A stretch of 64,000 bases of DNA from Hemiscyllium ocellatum. Its lineage: Eukaryota. Shown in pieces: positions 51,801 through 64,000 of the stretch. Numbering within the stretch: the stretch's first letter is position 1; each line of letters starts with the position of its first letter. The translations under genes were made by a program, and so were the position numbers. The notes below the pieces were generated by a model. That model searched no databases and was not told the DNA's origin. It saw nothing but the letters and a program-made list of their open reading frames with translations. The DNA is taken from assembly GCF_020745735.1 (NCBI RefSeq), contig NC_083405.1, positions 76,474,345 to 76,538,344 of the forward strand, given 5' to 3'.

Positions 51801-52620
51801 CTTTTGAGTCTAACAGTGTTTTGCAAGGATTGCTGCACATTTTGAAGAAGTGAGTAAACAGACCCTGCTGGAAACCATCAACTATACGGCAATTTGAACA
51901 AGCAATAATTGAAGTGGTTGCAGATGAACTGAAGCTGAGGGGTTTTATATTCGGATGGAGCTCTGGTTTACAAGAACTAGACAAGTGATCAAGTATCAGT
52001 GATAGGCTAAAGACCTTTGACAATGATCATGTGATTGGTTCTTGAATAACTGAACAGCTTTGGACTGAGAACAAGATAGATAAAAACAATCAGATCGCCA
52101 CCAGCTCACGAGCTCCCTCTTCTCTGCAGTCAAAACCCCACTTTAAGTCTGAAGAAAACCTATTCATTTTTCATTCTGCAGTTGCTATAAGCTGTGACTT
52201 TTAAAAAATAAATCAGAAAGAAATAATTGTCTTAATTTTTCAAGTATTCATAAATATAACATTTTATTATGAATATCAACAGATTAAAGCTGCCACACTT
52301 TTATATCTTAACTGTATATAAGCATACAGTACTCCAAATGCAGCCGGTTTCATAATTACCTCTCAAATAATCCCATTTTACTAAAGTTTGATTTCAGAAT
52401 CACATCTAGTGTTGGACACTATGTTGTGAGTTTTCCAAGAGCAGGCTGGTTTGATAAAATCAGTACCTTGTTGCAAACAGATGAAGGGGTTTACTATTTG
52501 GTACAATCTGCCAATCATTGAGACATTGGCCTTATATTGTTGGTACCAGTCTGGCACTGAAATGATCATATACCACATTACTTATTTGTGCAATGTACCG
52601 AACATCTCTTTGATTAGTCA

Positions 52621-52828
52621 TGTTGGAAAAGCACAGGAGGTCAAGCAGCATCAAGGAGCAGGAAAATAGATGTTTCGGGCAGGAGCCCTTCATCACCTTC
52701 CTGATGAAGGGCTCCTGCCTGAAACATTGATGTTTCTGCTCCTTGAATGCTGCCAGACCTGCTGTGCTTTTCCAGCACCACTCTAATCTTGACTTTGATC
52801 TCCAGCGTCTGTAGTCCTCACTTTCGCC
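52621..52828. mobile_element. Penelope-derived inverted terminal repeat (hairpin)
   Basis: Arms 52621-52695 and 52702-52777 are reverse complements; CTGATGA at 52701, GAAA at 52721. Confidence 0.75.
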
Positions 52829-53894
52829 GAGAACACCTCTTTGGCTTAACAGCACAAGATCATAGGGCCATATAATATAGGAGGCCAAGACGACCATCCT
52901 GCTCCATCAATCAGTGAGATTATGGCTGATCTGATAACTCCACTGTCCTGCTAATTCTCCATAACCCTAGTTTCCCATCCTAATTTTAAAATAAAATCTA
53001 TCTCAGCCTTGAATATACTGAATGAGCCAGTATCTGCGAATTCCACAGACTCACTATCCTCAGTGAGGAGTAATTCCTCCTCACCTCTGTCCTAACTGGA
53101 CACCCCCACACCCTGGGATTATGCTTGCTGGTCAGAGTTTCTCACATTAGGGGTAACAGCCTGTATGTATCCAGACTGTCAACCCCAAGAATCTTGGGGC
53201 AGATTTTCCACTGGTCACACAGTTGTTATGTGGGTAGAGATGGGAGTTATTCTTGGTTATCCTGGAGAATCCCTATTGCAGTATTTGCCAAAGAAATTGT
53301 CTGGGAAATCGAATCTCCTGCTGGGCAATTCTACCACATCTGAAAGTGTCCAGAGAAATGGGAGACTTTGGAAGGTTCTGATTAAATTAAGTAAAACAGT
53401 TACATGAAATGCTAAACTATTAAATACATATTCTAACTCATCAGTAGCTATTAAACAGAGTCAATAGTTATCTACCCACAGTCCCAGACCTTCAGCATCA
53501 GAGCCTGACATGACCATCTCTTGGTGATCCAACAACCCCTGGAACCAGAACTCCACCCCAGCTAGGATGTGAAATCCCTGGCCTGATCTGTACCTAACTA
53601 CCCTCCCCATGCCTCCACCACCTGACCAGGCCCCACCTCCTGCAACTCCCATCCCTACCACTGGACCTACTCATTTGTTTCCTCTGCCCTGTTAGCTCTC
53701 TCCCTGCTTCCCTGTGTCAGATCTGGACCAAACCAGAACGTGGACCCAATACCTGGTCTCCCCCTCCTCTGCTAAACCCGATTTCTCCAGCCCTGCCATA
53801 CCAAATCTAAACACTAAGTGCCGCCTTGCACCGGACCTGCACCACATATGGAACTTTGATCTCTCCTTGGCTAGCATTCTAGCACTGTACCCCA

Positions 53895-54960
53895 TCCTAT
53901 CCAACATGCTTATAGGTGAAACAGCAATTTACTTGCACTTCTCTCAATCTAGTTGACTATATTCACTGCTCAAAATGTGGTGGACAAAGTTAAAAATCAC
54001 ACAACACCAGGTTATAGTCCAACAGGTTTATTTGTGGTGTTGTGAGATGTTTAACTTTGTCCACCCCAGTCCAACACCGGCTCCTCCACATCACAATGTA
54101 GTGGGCAGTACTCTATACTGGCTGACTGCAGAACGCCTACAGTCTGTCCATCAAAATAACCCTGAGCTTCCAGTTGCCAGTCATTTCAACACACCATTGT
54201 GTTCCCACACCAAATTTCTGTCTCGGGTCTGCTGCAGTATCCAGTGAGGCTCAATGCGAGTGGAGGAACAACATCTCATCTTCTACTTACGCACCTAACA
54301 GCCTTCGGGAGGCAGCATTGAGTTTAGCCATTTCAGAATGAAACTCAAATAGTTTAGAGAGAGATATTGATAGTTTAGAGAGAGATATTGATAGTTTAAC
54401 TGGGCCAACAGTTGGTAACTGGAGAATGATGTGGCAAGATGTGATGTGCATTTTGGAAGGGATAACAAAAAAAAAGTGTTCAAAAGGAAAGAAACTGCAG
54501 AAAGATGCACTTGGAGGTCCTTGTGCACAAAACACAAAACTCATGTACAGGTGCAGCAGCTAATCAGGAAGGCTAAAGGAATGTTGGGTCTTGTTCTCAA
54601 GAGGGAATGTAAGAATAGCAACAACAATTGTGACCTATATTTCCAAGTCCTGTTTCAGTGGCTGGTATTTTCAACAACTCACACTTCCCCTTAGCACCTA
54701 CTCAGCAGTTACTTTTTTCCTGGCTTAGTATTAGCAACCCCTTGATCTGCACTTTTTCCCATCTCCCTCTCTCTGGGCACTGTCTCCATCCATGTGTCTC
54801 CTTTCTTCCCCTCAACCCACACCCCCATCATGAGCATAAATGCCTTTTCACAGCTATTTTCAGTTCTGAAGAAAGGTCACTTGACTCAAACTGTTAACTG
54901 TTTCTCTCTCCATAGATGCTGCCAGACCTGCTGAGCTTCTCCAGCACTTCTGTCTTTATA
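53895..54960 (+). mobile_element. Decayed Penelope-like 3' region (GIY-YIG remnant) with nested insertions
   Basis: Remnant peptides FTCTS.NLV.YIHCSKC and SVHQNNPELPVASHFN; terminal ctgaagaaaggtcacttgactc...gatgctgccagacctgctgag. Confidence 0.6.
54349..54398. repeat. 21-bp tandem repeat, about 2.4 copies
   Basis: atagtttagagagagatattg repeated exactly. Confidence 0.9.
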
Positions 54961-55176
54961 TTAATGGACAATGTTTCTTTCACTACTGCTATGTATTTTC
55001 CAATATTGCTGACAACACTGTTCAGGAGGGCAATATAGAATTTTGGAGATTCTTCAACAACTTTTTAGGCTTTAAAGATGGAAGGCACCCAAGTCTGTGT
55101 GTTAATGATCTATTTGCAAGGAAATCTGGACATTATGGTAGATACTTGCACTGATCTACACTTGAGAAGGTCAAAA

Positions 55177-55493
55177 GGCGGCACGGTGGCACAGTGGTTA
55201 GCACTACTGCCTCACAGCGCCAGAGACCCGGGTTCAATTCCCGACTCAGGCGACTGACTGTGTGGAGTTTGAACGTGCTCCCAGTGTCTGCGTGGGTTTC
55301 CTCCGGGTGCTCCGGTTTCCTCCCACAGTCCAAAGATGTGCAGGTCAGATGAACTGGCCATGCTAAATTGCCCATAGTATTAGGTGAAGGGATAAATGTA
55401 GGGGTGTGGGTGGGTTGCGCTTCGGCAGGTCGGTGTGGACTTGTTGGGCCGAAGGGCCTGTTTCCACTCTGTAAGTAATCTAATCTAATCTAA
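55177..55493 (+). mobile_element. Young V-SINE (HE1-like)
   Basis: A box tggcacagtgg, B box ggttcaattcc, V core gtgtctgcgtgggtttcctccgggtgctccggtttcctccca, (TCTAA)n tail. Confidence 0.93.
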
Positions 55494-56000
55494 AAGAACT
55501 GGAAACATTGGGTTTTGCAAGCGTCACCATCAAACTGCATTTTCAAACAATATACTGTAAAATTCTCACTAGCTATGGAAGAGTTTGCTTGGGTGCTATC
55601 TTGTGTGTGAACTGACCTCTTTTGAAGCATCTTGACCTTTCTAGACACTGATGAATTCTTCATGTTGAGAAAAAATTCTTGTTAGAAATTATCACAAACT
55701 GGTAAAATCATCACCTCGTACTTTTTAATTTGCTTTTCTGCTCACAAGCGTCTCATAACCAGCGATAAGTCAAAGATTAAAGCAAAGAATGCCAAATAGA
55801 CCAAAACTGTGTTCCATTGGAAACAGGGACAGGAAGGTGCAAAATATATGAATTGTGAGTTTGTTCATGCAAGCTGTTTGCAAGCAGAGAAGTCACATTA
55901 CAAGGAATCAGGGACATGACAGATCACGAACTGAGAAAAACAGACTTCAGTCTTGAACTAATCGGCTAAAACTTATAATTGCCTCAAATTGCCTTAAGTG

Positions 56001-56310
56001 GGCGGCACGGTGGCACAGTGGTTAGCACTGCTGCCTCACAGCGCCTGAGACCCGGGTTCAGTTCCCGACTCAGGCGACTGACTGTGTGGAGTTTGCACGT
56101 TCTCCCCGTGTCTGCGTGGGTTTCCTCCGGGTGCTCCGGTTTCCTCCCACAGTCCAAAGATGTGCGGGTCAGGTGAATTGGCCATGCTAAATTGCCCGTA
56201 GTGTTAGGTAAGGGGTAAATGTAGGGGTATGGGTGGGTTTCGCTTCGGCGGGTCGGTGTGGACTTGTTGGGCCGAAGGGCCTGTTTCCACACTGTAAGTC
56301 TAATCTAATC
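56001..56310 (+). mobile_element. Young V-SINE (HE1-like)
   Basis: Near-identical to 55177-55493, with CpGs retained. Confidence 0.93.
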
Positions 56311-59169
56311 AAAAAAAAAATTTTCCAGAAATATTTTAAGATTGAACTCTGGAAACAGGTACAATGGATCATTTTATAGGAGATAACATTTTCAATATGA
56401 GAAAAAGTTATTTGAGTGTTGTTGATCATCATGGACATTAGGTCTTGTCGGAGACCAATGACCCGTAGGGGAAAGGATGCCTGGCAGAGAATAGTCAATA
56501 GGACACAGTGTTTCCTTACTCTCACTTCATTGCCCTCAAAACTCTAAACTCATTTTGTAGGCCGGCCTATATGGTCCCAAAGAAATAAGTTTCCAGTGTT
56601 TACACTTCTATGAAAAAGCATTTTCGTATTAAGGGGGAATAACAAAAATGAGTCAAGGAGTCACAAAATGGATTGGATGTGAACAGACAGTTAAATCAAG
56701 AAGAAAATTAGCCAGTTATCTGAACTGCTCAAAAAAAGTACCATTTCAGTAATATATAGATAAGATCCAATTGTGAGATTTTATTTTCAACATCATTGAC
56801 ATTAAAGTTAGTCTTTCAATCCTTGATTGAGGGTTGCTGATTATCATCTACGATTTTGAGCAAGTCGGAGGACATGCCGGGGTAGCATCGGGTCAACCTA
56901 AAAATGGAGTGCCAACCTACTTTCCATATCCTGATAACCATCAACCCCTTGCTTCTCAAGGATCTATATTCTGCTTCTGTCCCCTTTTCACAAGGAGAGC
57001 TACAAAGCTTCCTGATCCTCAGTGGGAAAAAAAGTCATCTCATCTGTTTTAAATGGGCAGTTTTGTTTTTAAAATACTGATCCTGAGTTCTCGATTCTCC
57101 CAGAAGTGGAAATCTCTTCCCAACATCTCGCCTCTCACTACCTTTCAGGATCTCAAATGTTTCAATCAAGTTACCACTTATTCTTTTAATCTTTAGGTCA
57201 GAGGTGAGATGACAATGACAGCAAGGCAGCATTTGAAACAGTGCAGCATCAAGTACCCTAGCATGGGGTCACTCACTGGGATTTGGAGGTGGGGGGGGGG
57301 GGGGGGGTGTTGGGGGAAGAGGGAACCTTCACTGGTTAAAGTCATACCAAATGCAAAGGAGGTTAGGTGTAGTCAGAGGTAAATCATCTCAAAGCAAGGA
57401 CATCACTGCAAGAGTTCCTCAGGATAAATATTTTCTAACTGACCTGTTTAGAGATAGTATTACATACCTCTGGTGCAGGTAGGACTTGAACTAGAGTCTC
57501 CTGACTCAGAGGTAGGGACATTGCCACCGCACTACAAGATCCCTCAGCAGATTCCACACATTCCTGTTGTTGAATTGCCTTACCAATAACTCTGGGGGTT
57601 ACCACTGACCCGATATTTAACTGGATCAGTCATACTGTGGCTACAAGAACAGATGAGAAGCTAGGAATTCTGTGGTGACTTTCTAAAACCTGGCTTTCAT
57701 TTACAAGGCACAAGTTGGGAGGGGAATGGATTACTCTTCATTTACCTGGAAGAGTGCTGCTTCAACAATCAATAAACTCACCACCATCCATGATAAGGCA
57801 TCTGCCTGACTGGCACCCATTCTCTCCATCAGCAATACATAGTGACAGCAAAGTGCATCATCTACAAGATGCACTGCAGCAACTTAATACATTTCCATTG
57901 ACAATACCTTAAAACCTAGAATCTTCATTACTTTGACTAAGGGCAGCAAGTGCATAGGAACACCACTACCTCCCAAGTTTTCCTCCAAATCACACACCAT
58001 CCTGATTTGTAACCATCACTGTTTGGTTTTGTTGTTGAATCAGAAATCCAGAATTTCATTCCTAACTGCACTGCAAATGTACATGCACTACATAAACCAC
58101 AACAGTTCAAGAGAGCTACGTGCTGAGTTAGAAGTAAGCACATATTGTAAGGTTAATTCTGAGAAATTAGAGATAAGGGGTTGGAATAAGAACCAAGTGT
58201 TAGGAGAGTTTCTGTAGGATAGGATAGAGAATGGAATAGTCAAGAGTCAATGTGGTACCAAAGGAAATCTTAGTTCAAGCAATGTCAGAAAGACAGGTGG
58301 ACAATGTAGCTGCAAATAACGAATCAAGGATAAGTGAATGGTAAAGCTAGATGTTGTCAGTTTACTTATCAGAGCACTGAGGATTCAATTTTAGCTATAT
58401 TCTAAAACACATCAAATATCGTGATGTAAGCTTAATAAATGTTTAAATATTGTTTATGTTGGATTTTGAGTTTTGTACTAGTAGCAAATGAGTTTTCTCT
58501 GTCCGAAGGGGTTTAATGATTAATGTGCAAGTATCTCTTTAACAATGATGAGTTCTTTTGAAACACAGTTATTAGAGAGACTTTATGGACAGTTTGAGTG
58601 AATGAAATAAACAATGTAATGCAAGATTTTCAGATCCAAGATTCTGGACTTTTTTTTGGAACTTGGGGAAAACACTTGGAATTTGGGAAAAAAAAAACTT
58701 TTTAGTTTCAGCTTGGGCAGATTTGCAGAGGTATTGGGTGATAACATATAAAACAATTGGTCCTGAAAAAGGAAGGTAGTTCGTGACCATTAACGAAGAG
58801 GTTACCTCAGTGCAGATAGTGTAGACTAGAAGTATTTTGGTTAAAACCTTGAAGGGGAAGCTGAGAATTTAAAGTAGAGGCTATCAGATTCTTATGAGAG
58901 AGAATTGAAGCCACAGCTAACTCAAATTCTGTATGGGACTCTCTGGCATGATGACTCAATTGTGTAGGGCTGGGATTAATGGAATTGCACTTTAAACCAT
59001 GTGTTTCAACATCTTTAAACATGCTTTCATATCCAAATAGTATGGTTATTCTAACTTTTTTAAAAAAAAAGATGAGATCTATCAAGCCAGATTCAGTCTA
59101 GGATCTGACTCGTCCAATAATAACATCACCTGGGATCTTAACAAATACACAGAATGCAACACTTAATTA

Positions 59170-61167
59170 CATACAACTCACATTTTTGTTTTATTATCCA
59201 TAAAATATACAATAATCTCAGCAAAGTATTTAAAGAATGCAGGTAGGTAACCAAGCAGTCACAATTTCTATATACATGCTATAATCTTAACCTCTTCAAA
59301 AGAAATAAAACAAATCAGAAATACATTAAAACAGCACAGATTTTGTCCCATTTCATATTTCAAAACTTTGAGAAATCAGTTTGCACTTTAAAGGATTCCA
59401 GTTATTAAAATACCATGGTCTGATGGAACTGTTTTTAAGGGCCTTTATCCAAGACTGCTGAAAAGTCACACCAACTGAAAAAGTGGCAAAATAGGTAAAA
59501 GTCACACAGTAGTTGACATTAAACAACTAAGTAAAGAAACTGCTAAATGAAATGCAACAATAAACTGTTCAGAATGTAGTGATTTAAAAGGACTAAACTG
59601 AATCAAAATCAGCCATTTATTGTGCACTCCAGGCCTGCTGTTTGGAATGAATACATTTCAGGAGCACTATATTAACTAAATTAATTTGTACCAAGTAGTG
59701 CACTTAAAAAAAAGTAGTTTCATTTTGACAAGTAACAGGTAGAAGTCCTTCAGACACAGCTTATTCTGACTTGACAGAACCAAATGCAGGGCTATCATAC
59801 TTCAATCGTGCAACACAGCATGAAGATACTGCCTGCTTCAATTGAAAATATATGCCTGTCATGAAATACTGGATAAGTTCTTCCCAAACACCTGTCAAAC
59901 CAGTTCAAAGTATTCTGAAGCAAATTACTGAAGAGCTGCAACATTTTAGCTATGCCAAATGGGTACTGAAAAGTAACTTCTCAACATGGAAAGAAGTCTC
60001 AATTATAATGACTTCATACGTCTCCTCTCTGATGCACATCCATAACTATGAAACAGACAACAATGAAGGCACTGAAGAAATTGAAAACCAAACAAACAGT
60101 TGTACAAATGTAGCTCAAATAACTGTAATACAGTTAACCATCTATAAGGTGAATGTCAATTAAAAACTAAAGTCCAATATATTGCAAAGTCCAGGAAATA
60201 TTACTATCTGAGACTTGTGGTATAGTTGGCTTCCACACCTACAAATCTATTTTAAAATACCAATTATATTATAAAATACACTGGTAAAATTTGGGTTTGA
60301 AAAATTGCAAAAAGAATGGGTGGCTCTCCACAACAACTTGGTCGATTTTAATATTTAATTAACCATCACCTTAACTGCACCAGGTCTGTCGGTCTTATGC
60401 CAAACTAGAAAAGTAGGAAAGGGGCATTTTCTGTTGGCTCAAAAATAGGTTTTAGTTTTCTCTTCCCTTTCCCTCCCTACTCTAACACAATGCCTTGACT
60501 ATACTCATGCAAATCTCGTAAGATCTAGAATTGATCAACAAATGTACATCAAAATCTCTGAACGGTTTACTTTAATACTGTTAAAGCAAAGTTTTTAAAC
60601 TTGCAGGTTGAGAATCAATTACAGCTCTCTAGTATTTGTATTTTGTTTTTATATAAGATTATTGTTTTAAAATCAGTTTGTTTGGTCCCTTTGGCAAATC
60701 ATCATGCAAGCGAATGATGTGATATACACCAATCTTTTTACACCATTTTCTTTATTAAATTCAATAATGCCTAAGACTTGGGAATTTTTGATTGGACGTC
60801 TCCATTAATTTTAGTAGTGCTATTCCACCCAGCACTGAAAAATCTTCTCATTCAAACCATTAACCAGTGTATGCTGTTGAAATGGATCCTGGCACTGGAA
60901 ATAAAGAGCTTTAAAATAACACAACATTGGCATCCATCAACTTTGTCCATAGTTTCCTACATTGTTTACAAGCTCGGAGCTGCTCGTTTCTTGTTCCATA
61001 GACCTGCATTCTTCTGTGTCTTTTTTTTTGATAAATTCAACTTTAAACCTATAATGTAATTTCTCCACTTGGCTGAGGGAGTTTAGAAGGTGTTCATTTA
61101 AAAAAAAACCCATCAATCTATGGGCATGCTTCAAGGGCTTTCATCATGAAAGTTCAAGTCAGTGTCT
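59170..61167 (-). other. ANKRD28: Probable ANKRD28 3' UTR
   Basis: About 2 kb AT-rich tract with no recognisable repeats after the stop; AATAAA on the minus strand at 59190-59195. Confidence 0.6.
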
Positions 61168-61454
61168 TCAGTAGGTCTCTGAATCAGAATCATTTAGTTC
61201 GTCGTCTTCAGTATAAGGGTAACCATCTTCCCTTCCTATACTGTTCAAACTGCAGAAAGAGCTATGATCACTTCTCATTATTGGTAAAGAGTCAAAGGAC
61301 ACAGTCTTCGAAGGATTATTGTAGTGATTAATGGCATTAAAGCTGAGAGTGGGTAAAGTGCTGCTGGATGAAACAGGCATCATGGTGGCCAGAATGAGGG
61401 CTAAGCAGTCTGCCACATCTTTATTTGGAGCACAAGCCAATGCAGGTGTGTATC
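61168..61454 (-). CDS. ANKRD28: PP6 regulatory ankyrin repeat subunit A, last coding exon
   Basis: ttttag acceptor; GYTPALACAPNKDVADCLALILATMMPVSSSS...DELNDSDSETY* matches the ANKRD28 C-terminus; expected synteny with BTD. Confidence 0.95.
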
Positions 61455-62714
61455 CTAAAACAGCAAGTTTTAAAAGACACATTAGTTAGATTACTCTAAT
61501 CTTATACAAATGGTAATTCAGTACAATTAATGGACAGTTATGAAAAGTCATTTTGATTGAACAAATTAATATACTTGAAACATATGAAATTTTGTTATAT
61601 TTCATATTGGTAAATAGATATAAAAGCATGGAGCTGTGATGTAAATATTTAAAAATAAGACTATAACATTGATAAGGACTATCTTAACAATATGCAGTCA
61701 ACAGGAGGAGGAAAGCACAAAAGTACACTTAGTTTCTTGATGAGGGGTAGAGCATCAGTCTCAGCATGTGAAGGAAACAACCTCGACTTAAAGATTTTCC
61801 TCTTCGAGCTATATCTAAATCTATTGCAGTTTTGTTGCTGACAATGTCAATATAAAACCATCTTAAGGTTCTTTAAATTATAGCTGTTCATACGTCCAGC
61901 AACAACTAAAATTTCAAGGAAATTTCTAATCAAGTACTACAAGAAGAAATAACCGGACAAGAATCTATAACCACTCTTTGGTGAATATAGCTACCCATAG
62001 AGCAGTGATAGCTCTCTCCCCTGAGTCAAGAGGTTGAGATTTTAAGTTCCACTGGAGAAACATGACACTATTGACCATGTCCACAGGTTTAAAAGTTGAC
62101 AGCTCTGTACTAGTTGGCTAAAATTCTGGTCTTAGAAACTCAACGTTTACATGAGTAATATTTTGGAGAGGTTGCAGTTTAGTCTCTCCTACTGCTACTA
62201 TAGCAGAATAGTCAAATTGTAGGCAATCGACAGTGGCTACATGGCTAACCTTTTACTCTAGAGTTTTATTGAATTTGAATTTTAACATCTACCACAGTGG
62301 GATTTGAAAACATGTCTCCATAATATTCCCCTGGGGTTCTGGATTACTAGCACAGTGACATGAGCATTGCACCACTATCTCCTCCTTATGAAAACTGATT
62401 GATTTTGGTTATATGTCAGGGGTTGACATTTACATGAGATCAACCAGCACTGAGGTATACACTTAAGCAAGATTGACACAACACTGTAAGACTAAAGGAA
62501 GAATGTGGTAGCTCTAATCTGAGGAAAGAATTAGGGGCAGTTAGAGAGAGAAGAAGAGTAATTGTCTGACAATTATTTTAAACTTAAACAAGGGCATTTA
62601 CGAAGGCATGAAGACAGAGCTGACTGAACTCAACTGGGAAATTAGGTTAAAGGATATGAAGGGGTGCAGTAGTAGACATTTATGGAATGTTGTCAAGAAT
62701 GTTGTCAAAACACA

Positions 62715-63065
62715 GGTGGTTAGGCAGCATCCAAGGAGCAGGAAAATTGACGTTTCAGGCAAAAGCCTTCATCAGGAATGAGGCTGGAAGCCTTGGGGAT
62801 GGAGTGATAAATGGGAGGAGTGTGGGTCTGATTGGGGGTGGAGGGGAAGGCAGCTGAGTATGCAACAGGTGGATGGAGGTGGGGCTAAAGGTGATAGGTT
62901 CGAGGGGAGGGTGGAGTGGATAGGTGGGAAGGAAGATGGACAGATGGGACGGGTCATGAGGACAGTGCTGAGCTGGAAGGTTGGACCTAGGGTAAGGTGC
63001 AGGGAGGGGAAATGAGGAAACTGGTGAAATCACATTCATGTGCTGGGGTTGGAAGGTCCTGAGTT
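62715..63065 (-). mobile_element. Penelope-like 3' terminal fragment
   Basis: Pyrimidine-rich tract followed by ctgatgaaggcttttgcctgaaacgtc on the minus strand. Confidence 0.7.
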
Positions 63066-64000
63066 TCATGACACTCAGCAAAGATACATTCCAATGAGAA
63101 AGACTCTGGGAAGACCCAAACACTGTGACAGTACAAAAGTGAATGAAAAAGTATACTATTTCACAAGACGTATGGCAGAAGACTGGACAGAGTATTAAAA
63201 GAACAGCAAAGAATGAAAAAAAATCAAAATGAGACATAAATTAGGAGTATGAGGGAAAGCTACTGAGAAATATGAAATAAAAAGTAATAAGTTTCTACAG
63301 ATATTTTTAAAAAGTAGAGTAAGCTTTGGTCCTCTGTAGTGTCTATGGAAGTTACAGAAATGGCAGATGAACCAATAAGTATTCACAGAAGAGTTTATAG
63401 GGTGCTGGATTGATAGCTAAATGAGTGGGTTGTTTTAACAGGATAGGGTGAAAAGTCTGACTTGTTTCCACTGGACATTAGAACAGGAATGGTGTGAGAG
63501 GAGTGTCTAATATCCTGAAAGGTCTTGACAAGTTTGGTCTGGAAAAGATGTTTTCAGTTGTGGGGGTTGTGTTTTAAAATTGTGGTCATCCTTTTAGGAC
63601 AGGGATGAGAAGTAATGTTTCTCAGAGAGTTCTGTAACATTGAAACAGTGTCCCCGGTGGTGGTAGACAGGGGATCACTTAATATTTTTAAGGCAGCGGT
63701 AGATTCTTATTATGCAAGGGATATTGGGGCAGATGGGAATGTGGAATTCGAAACACAAATAGATCAGCCATAATTTTACTGAATGGCAGAGCAGGATTAA
63801 AGGGCTGAATAGCCTACTTCAGCTCCTAATTGTTGTGTTCATATATTTAGCATCTGTCTCTGCTAATGGTATAAGCAATATCCCAGAAATAGCCGCAAAT
63901 ATAGAGGTGAAAGACAATCGTCTGGGAAAAGATGCTGAAATGTTATGAAACCTAGAACCTAACAAATTGCTAGGACCTGATAAGACTTCACTTGAAGATC

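Noticed and set aside
55177-56310. tRNA genes
   Set aside because: The tRNA-like heads run straight into V-SINE bodies and LINE-derived tails
47000-59100. An additional gene between BTD and ANKRD28
   Set aside because: Only repeat remnants and short ORFs without recognisable domains

Overview
Eukaryotic vertebrate DNA, most likely a shark: it carries HE1-type V-SINEs, CR1 LINEs and Penelope-derived repeats. The window covers the conserved HACL1 - BTD - ANKRD28 neighbourhood. The first four coding exons of HACL1 lie on the minus strand (3613-5450), two tandem three-exon biotinidase genes on the plus strand (copy A 16829-19989, 509 aa; copy B 32426-45781, 511 aa), and the last exon and 3' UTR of ANKRD28 on the minus strand. 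Copy B has the full nitrilase-family Glu-Lys-Cys triad and a CpG-rich upstream region. Copy A has an intact ORF, splice sites and probable signal peptide, but its catalytic Cys is Gly, its catalytic Lys is Arg, and neighbouring active-site residues are also changed. It sits behind a TATA box with a perfect oestrogen response element (AGGTCAttcTGACCT). Most of the large exon is nearly identical between the copies although the introns are strongly diverged, which suggests gene conversion that spares the active-site patches. The leading hypothesis (inference, untested) is an oestrogen-inducible, secreted, catalytically dead biotinidase repurposed as a biotin or biocytin carrier or sequestering protein for the egg. 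Other observations: a FLYWCH-MULE DNA transposon with TIRs and a 9-bp TSD between the paralogs, a 368-bp direct repeat flanking the catalytic exon of copy B, and Penelope-derived hairpins with hammerhead-like cores. All family assignments are by motif recognition; no database searches were run.
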